A DNA stretch of 64,000 bases from Eledone cirrhosa (lineage: Eukaryota). The notes under the pieces were generated by a model. It did no database searches, had not been told where the DNA came from, and saw only the letters and a program-made list of their open reading frames with translations. This document shows positions 50,733 through 62,635 of this stretch, in pieces. The number at the start of each line of letters is the position of its first letter. The first letter of the stretch is position 1. The position numbers and the translations under genes were made by a program. The stretch is taken from positions 7,440,001 to 7,504,000 of the forward strand of contig OZ024761.1 of NCBI GenBank assembly GCA_964016885.1, read 5' to 3'.

Positions 50733-51397
50733 CAGTGTCTTTCATTAGAAATATGGTAATGAAAGGGTTAATGACATGGACAGTGTCTTTCATTAGAAAT
50801 ATGGTAATGAAAGGGTTAATGACATGGACAGTGTCTTTCATTAGAAATATGGTAATGAAAGGGTTAATGACATGGACAGTGTCTTTCATTAGAAATATGG
50901 TAATGAAAAGGTTAATGACATGGACAGTGTCTTTCATTAGAAATATGGTAATGAAAGGGTTAATGACATGGACAGTGTCTTTCATTAGAAATATGGTAAT
51001 GAAAGGGTTAATGACATGGACAGTGTATTTCATTAGAAATATGGTAATGAAAGGGTTAATGACATGGACAGTGTCTTTCATTAGAAATATGGTAATGAAA
51101 GGGTTAATGACATGGACAGTGTCTTTCATTAGAAATATGGTAATGAAAGGGTTAATGACATGGACAGTGTCTTTCATTAGAAATATGGTAATGAAAGGGT
51201 TAATGACATGGACAGTGTCTTTCATTAGAAATATGGTAATGAAAGGGTTAATGACATAGATAGTGTCGTTCATTAGAAATATGGTAATGAAAGGGTTAAT
51301 GACATGGACAGTGTCTTTCATTAGAAATATGGTAATGAAAGGGTTAATGACATGGACTGTGTCTTTCATTAGAAATATGGAAATGAAAGGGTTAATG
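50733..51397. repeat. 48-bp minisatellite (~14 copies) made of a piggyBac-like MITE terminus
   Basis: Unit cagtgtctttcattagaaatatggtaatgaaagggttaatgacatgga is the reverse complement of dispersed ttaaccctttcattaccatatttcta.tgaaagacactg ends (11048, 61857). Confidence 0.95.
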
Positions 51398-51763
51398 ATA
51401 TAAACAGGATAGTAAGGGCACCTAGCTATAGAAAAGGTCAGGGAGACATGACAACCTCCCTAGTGCTGGTGCCACAATAAAATGCATTTGGTAAGCTAGA
51501 CGGGTTAGAGGACTGCATCTTACTAACATGTTCCATTTTCAGCTTAGTTTATATGGCTGGATGCATTTTTTTGTGGTACTACCACTAACACCTGTCAGGC
51601 TAGAATCGGTACTTTTTACTGCAGTACCAGAACTACCACTTTACAGAGCGTACTGGGTGCATTTTATCATCGCATCAATACAACTTTACAGAATGTACAG
51701 GGTGCATTTTATTGTGGTATCAACACTTTATACTAATACCACATGTCTATACCAGCAGTCGTC

Positions 51764-52965
51764 TCTGTAAACTAACACCACATGTCTATACGAACAGTCG
51801 TCTCTGTAAACTAACACCACATGTCTATACCAACAGTCGTCTCTGTAAACTAACATGCCTATACCAGCAGTCCTCTGTAAACTAACACCACATGTCTATA
51901 CCAGCAGTCCTCTGTAAACTAACACCACATGTCTATACCAGCAGTCCTCTGTAAACTAACACCACATGTCTATACCAGCAGTCCTCTGTAAACTAACACC
52001 ACATGTCTATACCAGCAGTCCTCTGTAAACTAACACCACATGCCTATGCCAGCAGTCCTCTGTAAACTAACACCACATGCCTATACCAGCAGTACTCTTT
52101 GTAAACTAACACCACATGCCTATACCAGCAGTACTCTTTGTAAACTAACACCACATGCCTATACCAGCAGTACTCTTTGTAAACTAACACCACATGTCTA
52201 TACCAGCAGTCCTCTGTAAACTAACACCACATGTCTATACCAGCAGTCCTCTGTAAACTAACACCACATGCCTATACCAGCAGTACTCTTTGTAAACTAA
52301 CACCACATGCCTATACCAGCAGTACTCTTTGTAAACTAACACCACATGCCTATACCAGCAGTACTCTTTGTAAACTAACACCACATGCCTATACCAGCAG
52401 TACTCTTTGTAAACTAACACCACATGCCTATACCAGCAGTACTCTTTGTAAACTAACACCACATGCCTCTACCAGCAGTACTCTTTGTAAACTAACACCA
52501 CATGCCTATACCAGCAGTCCTCTGTAAACTAACACCGCATGTCTATACCAGCAGTCCACTGTAAACTAACACCACATGTCTATACCAGCAGTCCTCTGTA
52601 AACAAACACTACATGTCTATACCAGCAGTCCTCTGTAAACTAACACCACGTCTATACCAGCAGTCGTCTGTAAACTAACAGCACATGTCTATACCAACAG
52701 TACTCTGTAAACAAACACTACATGTCTATACCAGCAGTCCTCTCTGTAAACTAACATCACATGCCTATACCAGCAGTCCTTTCTTCTTCTGCATAGTAAC
52801 ATTACATGTCTATACCAGATCAGTCCTCTCACTAGCACACTAACACCACATGTCTATACCAGATCAGTCCTCTCACTAGCACACTAACATCACATGTCCA
52901 TACCAAGAGTCCTCTCTTCTCTATACTAACATTACATGTCTATACCAGAGCAGTCCTCTCTTCTG
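51764..52965. repeat. 37-39-bp minisatellite, ~30 copies
   Basis: Unit ctgtaaactaacaccacatgtctataccagcagtcct; degenerates toward 52965. Confidence 0.97.
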
Positions 52966-53034
52966 TACACAACATCTGATTCTTCTGATAATCAGGTTCA
53001 AAAATAAAATAAACTAAGATCAAATAATACAAAC

Positions 53035-53312
53035 CATTCCATCTAGGGTCTTCAGTTAAAGCCCTATCTTTTTCTAAACTGCTCGATGTTACTGTTTGTA
53101 AAGACTTTTCAGTAGTGTCCATCATTTGTAGTTCCCTAATATCATAAACTGGGGGCCTCAAATCGTGAGCTCCATGAGCAAATGCACAATGGGGACCATT
53201 TTTGACACAGTGGCCTTTGGAATCTGTCTCGTATATACAGGTCCCAGTTTTGTAATATCTTAAATGATATCTTCTCTCTGTGTCCCCAGCAGTCCGGTGT
53301 AAAAAGGGACAA
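53035..53312 (-). CDS. unk: unkempt exon (first in window): end of a CCCH finger plus the next finger, CPFLHRTAGDTERRYHLRYYKTGTC...CAFAHG...DPRWN
   Basis: Acceptor cttacAG at 53314-53313; donor GTTTGT at 53034. Translation matches the recalled Unkempt CCCH array (CPFLHRTTGDTERRYHLRYYKTG in vertebrates). 278 nt, phase 2 in, phase 1 out. Confidence 0.96.
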
Positions 53313-54099
53313 CTGTAAGTAAAGAGAAAGAGAAAAAATATATTGCATATTTCAATATTAAACACATACAAAAAGTTGATATATTTCAGTAATGAATACA
53401 TACAAAAAATTATATATTGTTTCTATTTTTGGCACAAGACCAGCAATTACTGGTGCTTTATTTTATCGACCCCATAAGGATGAAAGGCAAAGCTAACCCC
53501 GGCAGGATTTGAACTCAGATCATAAAGAGCCATAACTGTACTGCAAACCATGGTGTCTGTGGCTCTACTGATACTGCCAATCCACCATACAAAAAAATTA
53601 TATATTAAAATTCTGTCTCCCCCATACTCATATTTAGACCAGGTTAAAGGTTGGGATATATGGAGGATGTCTGAGGTAGAGATTTTGGTGGGATGTCTTA
53701 GTTCTAATATAAATATTTAGTTCATGATTGACTCAGTTTTTACAACTTTGGAATCCAATGGTCTTATCCACTAGATGTTTTGTTTTCCAAGTGCATTGTT
53801 TACACATCTGGCATTCGATGATTGCTTGCATTTGTTATATACACACACACACACATATATATAAGGGGTGGAGAGGTCCACTGAGTCCAGTAAGACAACC
53901 TCTCTAGTGCTGGTGGCACGAATAAAAGCACCCAGTCCATGCGGTAAAGTGGTGCTGGTGTTAGGAAGGGCATCCAACCAGTATATATTAATGCCTAAAA
54001 TTATGAGCACAACAAATAAGTATTGCAATAACTGCATAAACAGCAATAACACTATGTTAGGGCTGCACACAGTAGTGGGGTGGCTGGTGCAGCCATGTG

Positions 54100-55585
54100 C
54101 GAGAACCCCCATCGACCGTCATCAAGCAATCACACAACAAGAACAAGAATACAAAGACGTCGCATCTCAGTTGCCACGCTAACAGGTAGATCTGGTGAGA
54201 AGACGTGGATGTGTGCTGTGTGCAAGAGGTGAGATGGAGAGGCGCCTCAGCAAGACTAATCGCAGGTAAACATCTTAGCTATAAGCTTTTCTGGGTGGGT
54301 AATGATGATGGGTTAGGTGGGGTGGGCATATTACTGGCTGAGAGATGGATCGATAAGACAATAGAGGTAGTTAGAGTTAGTAATAAAATAATTAAGCTTA
54401 GATTAGTTGTAGGCAGGAGACTGCTGACAATCATCTCTGCCTATGCTCCCCAGGCAGGCCTAGGTAAAGAAGAGAAAGACTGCTTTTATGAGCAACTTTT
54501 ACAAACAGCCTCAATGACAGAGGACAGAGACATTGTTATGCTAGCAGAGGACTACAATGGTCATGTTGGACAGCTCCAGGATGGATACACTCGAGTACAT
54601 GGTGGGCACAGTTACAGCTCAAGAAACAAAGAAAGAGTGAGGCTTCTTGAATTTTGTGATGCAAGTGCACTAACCATTTGCAACACTAACTTCCAGAGGC
54701 CTACCAACCACCTAATAACCTACAAATCAGGCGAGCACATAAGCCAGATTGACTTCCTGCTAGTTAGACAGCGAGACAGACAGATGGTGTCAAATACTAA
54801 GGCATATCCCGGGGAAGAGTGTACCCCCCAGTATAGGTTAGTCATTAATGACATCTCAATAAGCAAGAGACAAAATGAGACATACAGGAAGGTGTGAGAA
54901 AGGAAGGTCTGGAAGTTAAAAGACCTTTCACTAAAATATAAATTTAGGAAAGCCCTACAAGATGTGTATGACAAGAAAGAAGATGAGTTAGAATTGTAAG
55001 ACATAGATGATAACTGGAATTTCTTCCATGACAACTTACTGCAGGCTACTGAAGAAACTTGTGGCTGGAGCAGAGCTCCGACCAGACAGAGAGTGACCTG
55101 GTGGTGGAACAGCACAGTAAATAGGGCCATTAGAGATAAAAGACTGGCATGGAATGCTTTGGAAAATGGTGGGAGTAGAGACCGATACACATCCGCTAAG
55201 AGAGAAGCTAGACGTCAGGTGTACTTAGCACACAGGGAGGCTAAGAGTAGGAGGTTTGCCAGTGTTCTGCGATGGGAAGATCAAAGACAGGCGGTGTTCT
55301 GCATTGCAAGGCAGTGTGTCAGTGTAAATCAAGATGTTGTTGGAGATAAGTGTGTCCGAAATGATGCGGGTGTACTTGTCACTGATGTTCAGAAAAGGGA
55401 GGCCTAGAAATGTCATTATGAGAGACAATGTTGAGAATGAATAGGAGAGTGAGAAACTACCCCCAGTAGACCCAACAGAGGGACCAGCTTTTGAGATTGA
55501 CGACTATAGAGTCAAAGAGGCAATTAAGGAAATGAAAAGTGGTAAGGCTGCTGGACTGCCGGGGATAGTTGTTGAGATGCTGAAG
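54100..55585 (+). mobile_element. degraded RTE LINE 5' half: APE endonuclease domain and linker, truncated at the start of RT
   Basis: VCCVQEVRW, IISAYAPQ, DYNGHVG, SQIDFLL and TWWWN motifs; several stops; ends at MKSGKAAGLPGIVVEMLK. Confidence 0.9.
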
Positions 55586-55656
55586 TATAAATCTATCTAT
55601 CTATCTATTTCTATATCTCTATCTCTATATATCTCTATATCTATCTATATATATAT

Positions 55657-57570
55657 ATCATCATCACCGTTTTACGTCCGTTCTTCCACGCTAGCATGGG
55701 TTAGACGGGTTGTCCTGTTGTGGGCAGTGTCTGGTCGGCTGACCATGCCTTGCTCATACAGGAACTGATCTGGCTTGATTTCTACAGCTGGATGCCCTTC
55801 CTAACACCAACCTCATTTACAGTGAGTGCTGGGTGCTTTTTCGTGGCGCCTACACGTCCACTTTACAGTGTGGGCTGGGTGCTTTTTTGCCGTGGCACCT
55901 CCACGACCACCTTGCGGTGGGGGGGGGGGGGGGGCATATTGTTTATATGCTTCAGCATGTACCCATGGGAGGTCGGGTACCCTGTATTACTGCGTGACGC
56001 CAGAAGTCACGGTCGTGTGTCATTGACTTTGAGAGGTGTAGTTGGGTAAGGTCGGCTTTTATCACCTCATCCCAAGTCATCTTGGGTCTCCCCACTCCGC
56101 GGTTTCCATCAACTTCTAGTGCTCTGCACCTTTTTATGCAGCTGTCATCCTTCATACGCATCACATGTCCATACCAGCGTAACCGCCTCTCCTGCACGCA
56201 GCATTTGATTCCTCTTATGCTCAGTCTCTCTCTCAATTCATTTATGCTTTGTCGTTCACGTATATTACTGTTACACATCCATCGGAGCATGCAGGCTTCG
56301 TTTCTCTCTAATCTACGTAAGTCTTCCACCTTCAGCGCCCAGGTCTCACTACCATGCAACATCGCTGTTCGGATACACGCATCATACAGTCTGCCTTTCA
56401 TTCTGAGGGAGAAGCCTTTTGCAGCTAGCAGTGGTAGTAGTTCCCTAAACTTCTTCCATCCCGTTCTTACCCTAGTTATTGTACTTTCTGAGCACCCACC
56501 TCCGTTGCTAATTCGGTCACCTAGGTAGCAGAAGCTGTCTACTGTTTCTACAGGGCCCTCCCAGAGATTGGTGGTACTTGTTTCCTGTGGCTGTTTGCTT
56601 GCTGTTTCAGCACAGCTGCTGCATGTGAATCCTACATTCTTAATTAAGCTTCCTGAGATCCCGCTACATCTCTTGTGTACCCATTGTTTGCATTTGGGGC
56701 AAAGAATGGAGTTCCTACCTACACCTTTCCTACATACTGAGCAAGGCCATTTCCCTGAGGGGATCTGGGTTCTGTTTTCTCGTCTACTTATAAGGACCTT
56801 AGTCTTTGTCATGTTGACTTTGAGGCCCTTTCTCTCTAGTCCCTGCTTCCAGGTTTGGAATTTATTCTCTAGTTCTACCATAGATTCAGCTATGAGTGCG
56901 AGGTCATCAGCATACAGGAGTTCCCATGGGCATCCGGTCTTAAACTCCTCCGTTATTGCCTGCAGGACTATGATGAACAGGAGAGGGCTAAGAACAGAGC
57001 CCTGGTGGACCCCAACCTGTACGCTAAATTCCTCGCTATACTCATTGCCAATCCTAACTTTGCTGACTGCTCCCCTATACATGGCTTGTACCGCTTTCAC
57101 AAGCCATTCATCTACTCCTAGTTTTCTAAGAGCCCACCAGATTACTGCACGTGGAACTCTGTCAAAGGCTTTCTCAAGGTCGACAAATGCCAAGTAGAGT
57201 GGCTTACTTTTAGCTAGGTACTTTTCCTGTAATTGCCTCACAAGGAAGAGCGCATCAGTGGTGCCTTTCCCTGGAACAAACCCAAATTGCATCTCGTCTA
57301 TATTCACCCGGTCCCTAATCAGCTGTGCTATAACTCTTTCTGTTACTTTCATGACCTGGTCCATCAACTTTATACCTCTATAGTTTCCTCTATCTAGTGC
57401 ATCGCCTTTACCTTTGTAGCAGTTGACAATGATGCTACTGCACCAATCTTTTGGTATGGCCCCCTCTAGTATTACCTGGTTAACGATACGTGTGGTTATA
57501 GTGTGACCTACAGACCCAGATGCCTTCAGCATCTCGGCAGCTATACCCGATGGACCGGTTGCCTTCCCTA
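55657..57570 (-). mobile_element. 5'-truncated RTE LINE (family A): uninterrupted RT ORF (55952-57583), 3'UTR and (GAT)n tail
   Basis: 543-codon ORF with all RT motifs (FVDLEKAFD, GVHQGSVLSP, YADD, FCYLG) and a C4HC3 finger; no internal stops, so probably young. Confidence 0.96.
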
Positions 57571-58368
57571 TATTGCCTTCCATATATATATATATCTATA
57601 TATATATATCTATATATCTATCTATATATATAGGAGGTGAGTTTTATTGTAGTACAATATATGTTGATTTAAAACTGCACTATCCACAAGTGTTTTTTAG
57701 CCTTCATATCATGTTCTCCTGTTTTATCTGATGAAAACACAAATATTATTGCTTGATGATGTTTGTTTTTGAAATGCGCATAATAAAATATATGGAACTC
57801 CTTTAACCATCTTTTGATCTTATATTATCTCTCTATATATATATCTATATATCTATCTATATCTATATATATATCTATATCTATATATATATAGATATAT
57901 ATCTATATATATATATATATCTATATATATATATATATATATCTATATATCTATATATATATCTATAGATAGGCATATCAGCAAACAGATAACAACAAAC
58001 ACATTAAGCAAATTCTAAAACTGTTTGGCATTCATATATTATCTTATATAAGTCTCCACATACAAATTGAGTTATATAGTTTTCAACCTTGATATATGTA
58101 TACACACAAATGTGTGTGTAAAATGCCGGCCGAGGTGCCAAGCGGTTTCGGTCTGAGTGTTCAGCAAACCTTTTGAAGGGTGTGTGAAAAAACAGATTAG
58201 TGGTCTTGGTTTATCATACTTTATAACAGTAAACGGGTTTAATGGATGAAGTGTGTGTGTGGGGGGGGGGGGGGGGGCTGACAGTGGTAAGGGTACTGGA
58301 CAGGCAAGGAGGTCAGAAGAAAGAAGTAGTATGTATGTATATATACACACACACACACACATATACAT

Positions 58369-58752
58369 AAACCTACTACAGTCAGTAGGCATCTCTAACA
58401 AAAATACACTCCTGTCCCACCACCCCCACCCCACCCACACTGCCCCTTTCAATGTAAAGTTATGTTGGTGCCACAACATCCAGGCCGAAACAAATGAGAT
58501 CGTGTAGGTGTCACGACAAAAAAAACACACAGTCCACGCTGTAATGTGGCCGTGTAGGCAACACGGTAAAAACCTCCCAGTCCACACTGTAAATGTGGTT
58601 GGTGTTAGGAAGGGCATCCAGCCGTAGAAAACCCGCCAGACAGTCCTATACGAGCAAGACAACCACTCTTGCCTCAAGTGGGAAAACTCCCGTCCAAACC
58701 TATGCAAGCGTGGAAGATGGACGTTAAACGATGATGATGATGATGATGATGA
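58369..58752 (+). mobile_element. RTE family C 3'UTR-only insertion
   Basis: Reverse complement of 45011-45365; long (GAT)n tail. Confidence 0.85.
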
Positions 58753-59742
58753 CATACATACATACATACACAAAAAATCCAGTTTAAATGGGTATTCAGT
58801 ATAATCATCATTTAACGTCTATTTTCCCATGCTTGCATGAGTTAGACGGGTTGTCCCCATTATGAGACAAGTCTGGAGAGCTGGTGATATCACTCCTTGT
58901 TCAAACAGAACTGTATGTCCCAATGTGCACGGGAATGAATGACATTGACCTTAATGCACCGAAACTACTGACTTCCACAAGTTGACTGAGGAGATGGGAA
59001 TTTCCGCCTTCCCATTTTTTTCCCCCATTGTCTTTTTCCTGTGCACTCCTTATTTTGAATATATATATATATATAGTAGAATAATCGAGAATCGGAAAAA
59101 CAGCTCACGAATTAACGATAAACAATATCCGATATGTGTGGCAGAGGGCTCAATAATTTGGATAAATCAGAGCTATAACCATCGTTAAATTACCAACACA
59201 CAGAGATTATGCCTAAAATCACCCGTACAACCGAAAAAGAACGACCAGGAAGATTCGGGTCACTCAAATAAAATATCAATAAATCAATAAATTAAATGAA
59301 TGTAAGAAAAATGTATATATATATGCAAAAGTTCTATTTAAAATTGTTGGGATACAACAAGTAAATATTTTTATAACTGATATAAAGCACTCGACAAGTA
59401 TTTGGAGTAGATATACGATATTAATAAATGGAAACTATATTTATAAAACCATATTTATTTCCTAATTTAATTTGGTATCCCTGAAATATGTATAATGAAA
59501 TAAATATGCTTTTATAAATATAGTTTCCATTTATTAATATCGTATATATATATATATATAGTCCAAATTTATACGGGAACAAAACAGAGAGGCAGACAAA
59601 TAAAGGTTTATTAGGTTCACGCTTTTGAGAGTGGAGGGACGGGGACGTTTCGGGCATAAGCCCTTCTTCAGGATAAATAGGTTAGGAAGAGAGTTCCGAG
59701 GGTGTGTGGAAATACATTTAGGAAAAAGGGGGAAGGAGAACA

Positions 59743-59791
<49 letters not shown>

Positions 59792-59855
59792 CAAAAGGTC
59801 TCTAAGCTATATATACATGTATACATACACACACACTTGCATGTGAGTATGTATG

Positions 59856-59908
<53 letters not shown>

Positions 59909-60023
59909 GAAATTGTACACAGGTTCACGCTTGGTGGAAGTGGAGATGAAGAATGACAGGCTGCTGCACTATTCCCCGAATTAACAGACAAGCTATTGAT
60001 CAGTCTGAGTTTCCAGTAGTGTG

Positions 60024-60772
60024 TGTGCCATCAGCTGGACTACACATCAAACCACAGGATTGTGAAGTGACTTTAACCACACAACTACGACTGTGCCATC
60101 AGCTGGACTACACATCAAACCACGGGATTGTGAAGTGACTTTAACCACACAACTATGACTGTGCCATCAGCTGGACTACACATCAAACCACAGGATTGTG
60201 AAGTGACTTTAACCACACAACTATGACTGTGCCATCAGCTGGACTACACATCAAACCACGGGATTGTGAAGTGACTTTAACCACACAACTACGACTGTGC
60301 CATCAGCTGGACTACACATCAAACCACGGGATTGTGAAGTGACTTTAACCACACAACTACGACTGTGCCATCAGCTGGACTACACATCAAACCACAGGAT
60401 TGTGAAGTGACTTTAACCACACAATTATGACTGTGCCATCAGCTGGACTACACATCAAACCACAGGATTGTGAAGTGACTTTAACCACACAATTATGACT
60501 GTGCCATCAGCTGGACTACACATCAAACCACAGGATTGTGAAGTGACCTTTTTAACCACACAACTATGACTGTGCCATCAGCTGGACTACACATCAAACC
60601 ACTGGATTGTGAAGTGACTTTAACCACACAACTATGACTGTGCCATCAGCTGGACTACACATCAAACCACGGGATTGTGAAGTGACTTTAACCACACAAC
60701 TATGACTGTGCCATCAGCTGGACTACACATCAAACCACGGGATTGTGAAGTGACTTTAACCACACAACTACG
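60024..60772. repeat. 68-bp minisatellite, ~11 copies, resembling a SINE tRNA-like head
   Basis: Unit tgtgccatcagctggactacacatcaaaccacaggattgtgaagtgactttaaccacacaactacgac. Confidence 0.95.
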
Positions 60773-61169
60773 CCACTGGCTGGATGAGATATTTAATTAA
60801 ATAAGTCTTTCTCTCTTTTCAAACAACAGGTCTATCAAGTTGTCCTTTCGTGACATCTGTCACGTTTATGTCTGTGTGTTTGTGTACATTGACAAAGACT
60901 GACAAAACCCACAGAAGCAATGCAGCTTTTCTCTCAAGTCCTTCTCCACAAAATTCTCTCCATTTTGTCCTGGTAACGCTTTGTTACATTATTTCCAACA
61001 GAAAAAACTATTTATGATTTCCGAATAATTAAGAAATTGAAGGGATTTCGTGACATACACACAATAGCTCCAAAATGAGGAAGTTAGTTAACAAAGGTTC
61101 TTACATAAAATCATAATGGAAGGAATTTAGATAAATAGGGGGGGGGGGGACATAGCATCTAGAATAAGG

Positions 61170-61688
61170 ACAGGTTAGAAGTTTAGGGAGCTGTTTCCTC
61201 TGCTGACGAAGAAGGGTGTCTCCCTGCGTACGAAAGGCTGGTTATATGATGCCTGTGTCAGGAGCACGATGCTGCATGGTAGTGAGACATGGGCAGCAAC
61301 TGAAGAGGATATGCGACAGCTGGAGAGAAATGAGGCAAGCGTGCTCCGTTGGATGTGTGTGAACGACCCAGCATGGATGTGTTGAGAGAGAAACTGTGTC
61401 TGAGAGGGTTAAATTGTAGTATGCAGGAGAGAAGGCTGCGATGGTATGGACATGTGATGCGCATGGAGGATGACTTATGGGTGAAGAAGTGCTAAAAAAT
61501 GCCAGTTGAAGGAAGACGTAGTATAGGAAGACCACGAAAAACATAGGCGGAGGTGGTGAGAGTGAACCTAAGATCGCTGAAGCTCACGGTGGATGACCAA
61601 GGACCGTGACAAGGGAGAGATGCTGTGCTGAATAGGACCTGTCCCACCCTTGCAAGCAGGGAAAAGCAGACTTAAAATGATGATGATA
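61170..61688 (+). mobile_element. RTE LINE (family B) 3' fragment
   Basis: KFRELFPLLTKKG..MLHGSETW..RLRWYGHV with stops; ends cccttgcaagcagggaaaagcagacttaaaatgatgatgat. Confidence 0.9.
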
Positions 61689-61998
61689 AACACTTTGAAA
61701 CAAATAACCCTATATTCTAAAATTAGGGGTGGTTTTAGGTAATTTGGTGTAATAAAGGTTAATTTAACCCTTTCTATCAAACTGCCCCCAAACTACTTGT
61801 CTATGTTATTAACCATTTTATTACTGTATTTCTAATGAAAGACATTACCTATATCATTAACCCTTTCATTACCATATTTCTAATGACACTATCCTGTAGA
61901 AACCATTTCTATATTAAACTTTATTTATATAGATAGGTATTAGAGGTGCAGGAGGTATGGCAAGATGAGCACTCGATGCTCATGGGGAGCATAATATC

Positions 61999-62266
61999 AA
62001 TAATATTAAAAGTGAACAAAGAATCAGTATTGCATCATTTACATATCTAATTACATATGTTTCATTGCCGATCAGCTCGAAGAATGATCGATTAATATTC
62101 GATCCTGATTCTACATGTGAACACATATCTGAGGAGCTTCCGATTACAGAGTCAGGATCGAACATTAATCGATCGTTCCTTGAGCTGATCGGCAGTGAAA
62201 CATATGTAATATGTAATTAAATATGTAAATGATGCAACACTGATTCTGTTCCCTTTTAATATTATT
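61999..62266. repeat. long inverted repeat / foldback (~115-bp arms, ~30-nt loop)
   Basis: gaatcagtattgcatcatttacatat..gccgatcagctc..ttcgatcctga mirrored by tcaggatcgaa..gagctgatcggc..atatgtaaatgatgcaacactgattc. Confidence 0.92.
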
Positions 62267-62275
62267 ATTATAATA

Positions 62276-62635
62276 TCATCATCATCATCGTTTTACGTCT
62301 GTTCTTCCACGCTAGCATGGGTTAGACGGGTTGACCTCTTGTGGGCACTGTCCGGTCGGCTGACCTTGTCTTGCTCATACAGGAACTGGTTCTGGCTTGA
62401 TTTCTACAGCTGGATGCCCTTCCTAACACCAACCTTATTTACAGTGAGTGCTGGGTGCTTTTTTGCCGTGGCACCTGCACGACCACTTTGCAGTGGGAGG
62501 GTGTGGGGGCATATTGTCTATATGCTTCAGCTTCGGCTTGTTCTTTGTGTGTGTGTGGGGGTGGGTGGGGGTGGGTGGGGGTTCCGGGTATTCTGCATTA
62601 CTGCGTGACGCCAGAGGTCACGGTCGTGTATCATT
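62276..62635 (-). mobile_element. RTE family A 3'UTR fragment
   Basis: Matches 55657-56025 and the reverse complement of 15100-15460. Confidence 0.85.

Noticed and set aside
50629-51369. 246-aa hydrophobic repeat ORF as a membrane protein
   Set aside because: Translation of the 48-bp array derived from a transposon terminus.
56082-57197. Long antisense ORFs opposite the RT ORFs (also 26629-28321)
   Set aside because: Shadow ORFs on the reverse strand of LINE coding sequence; no independent motifs.
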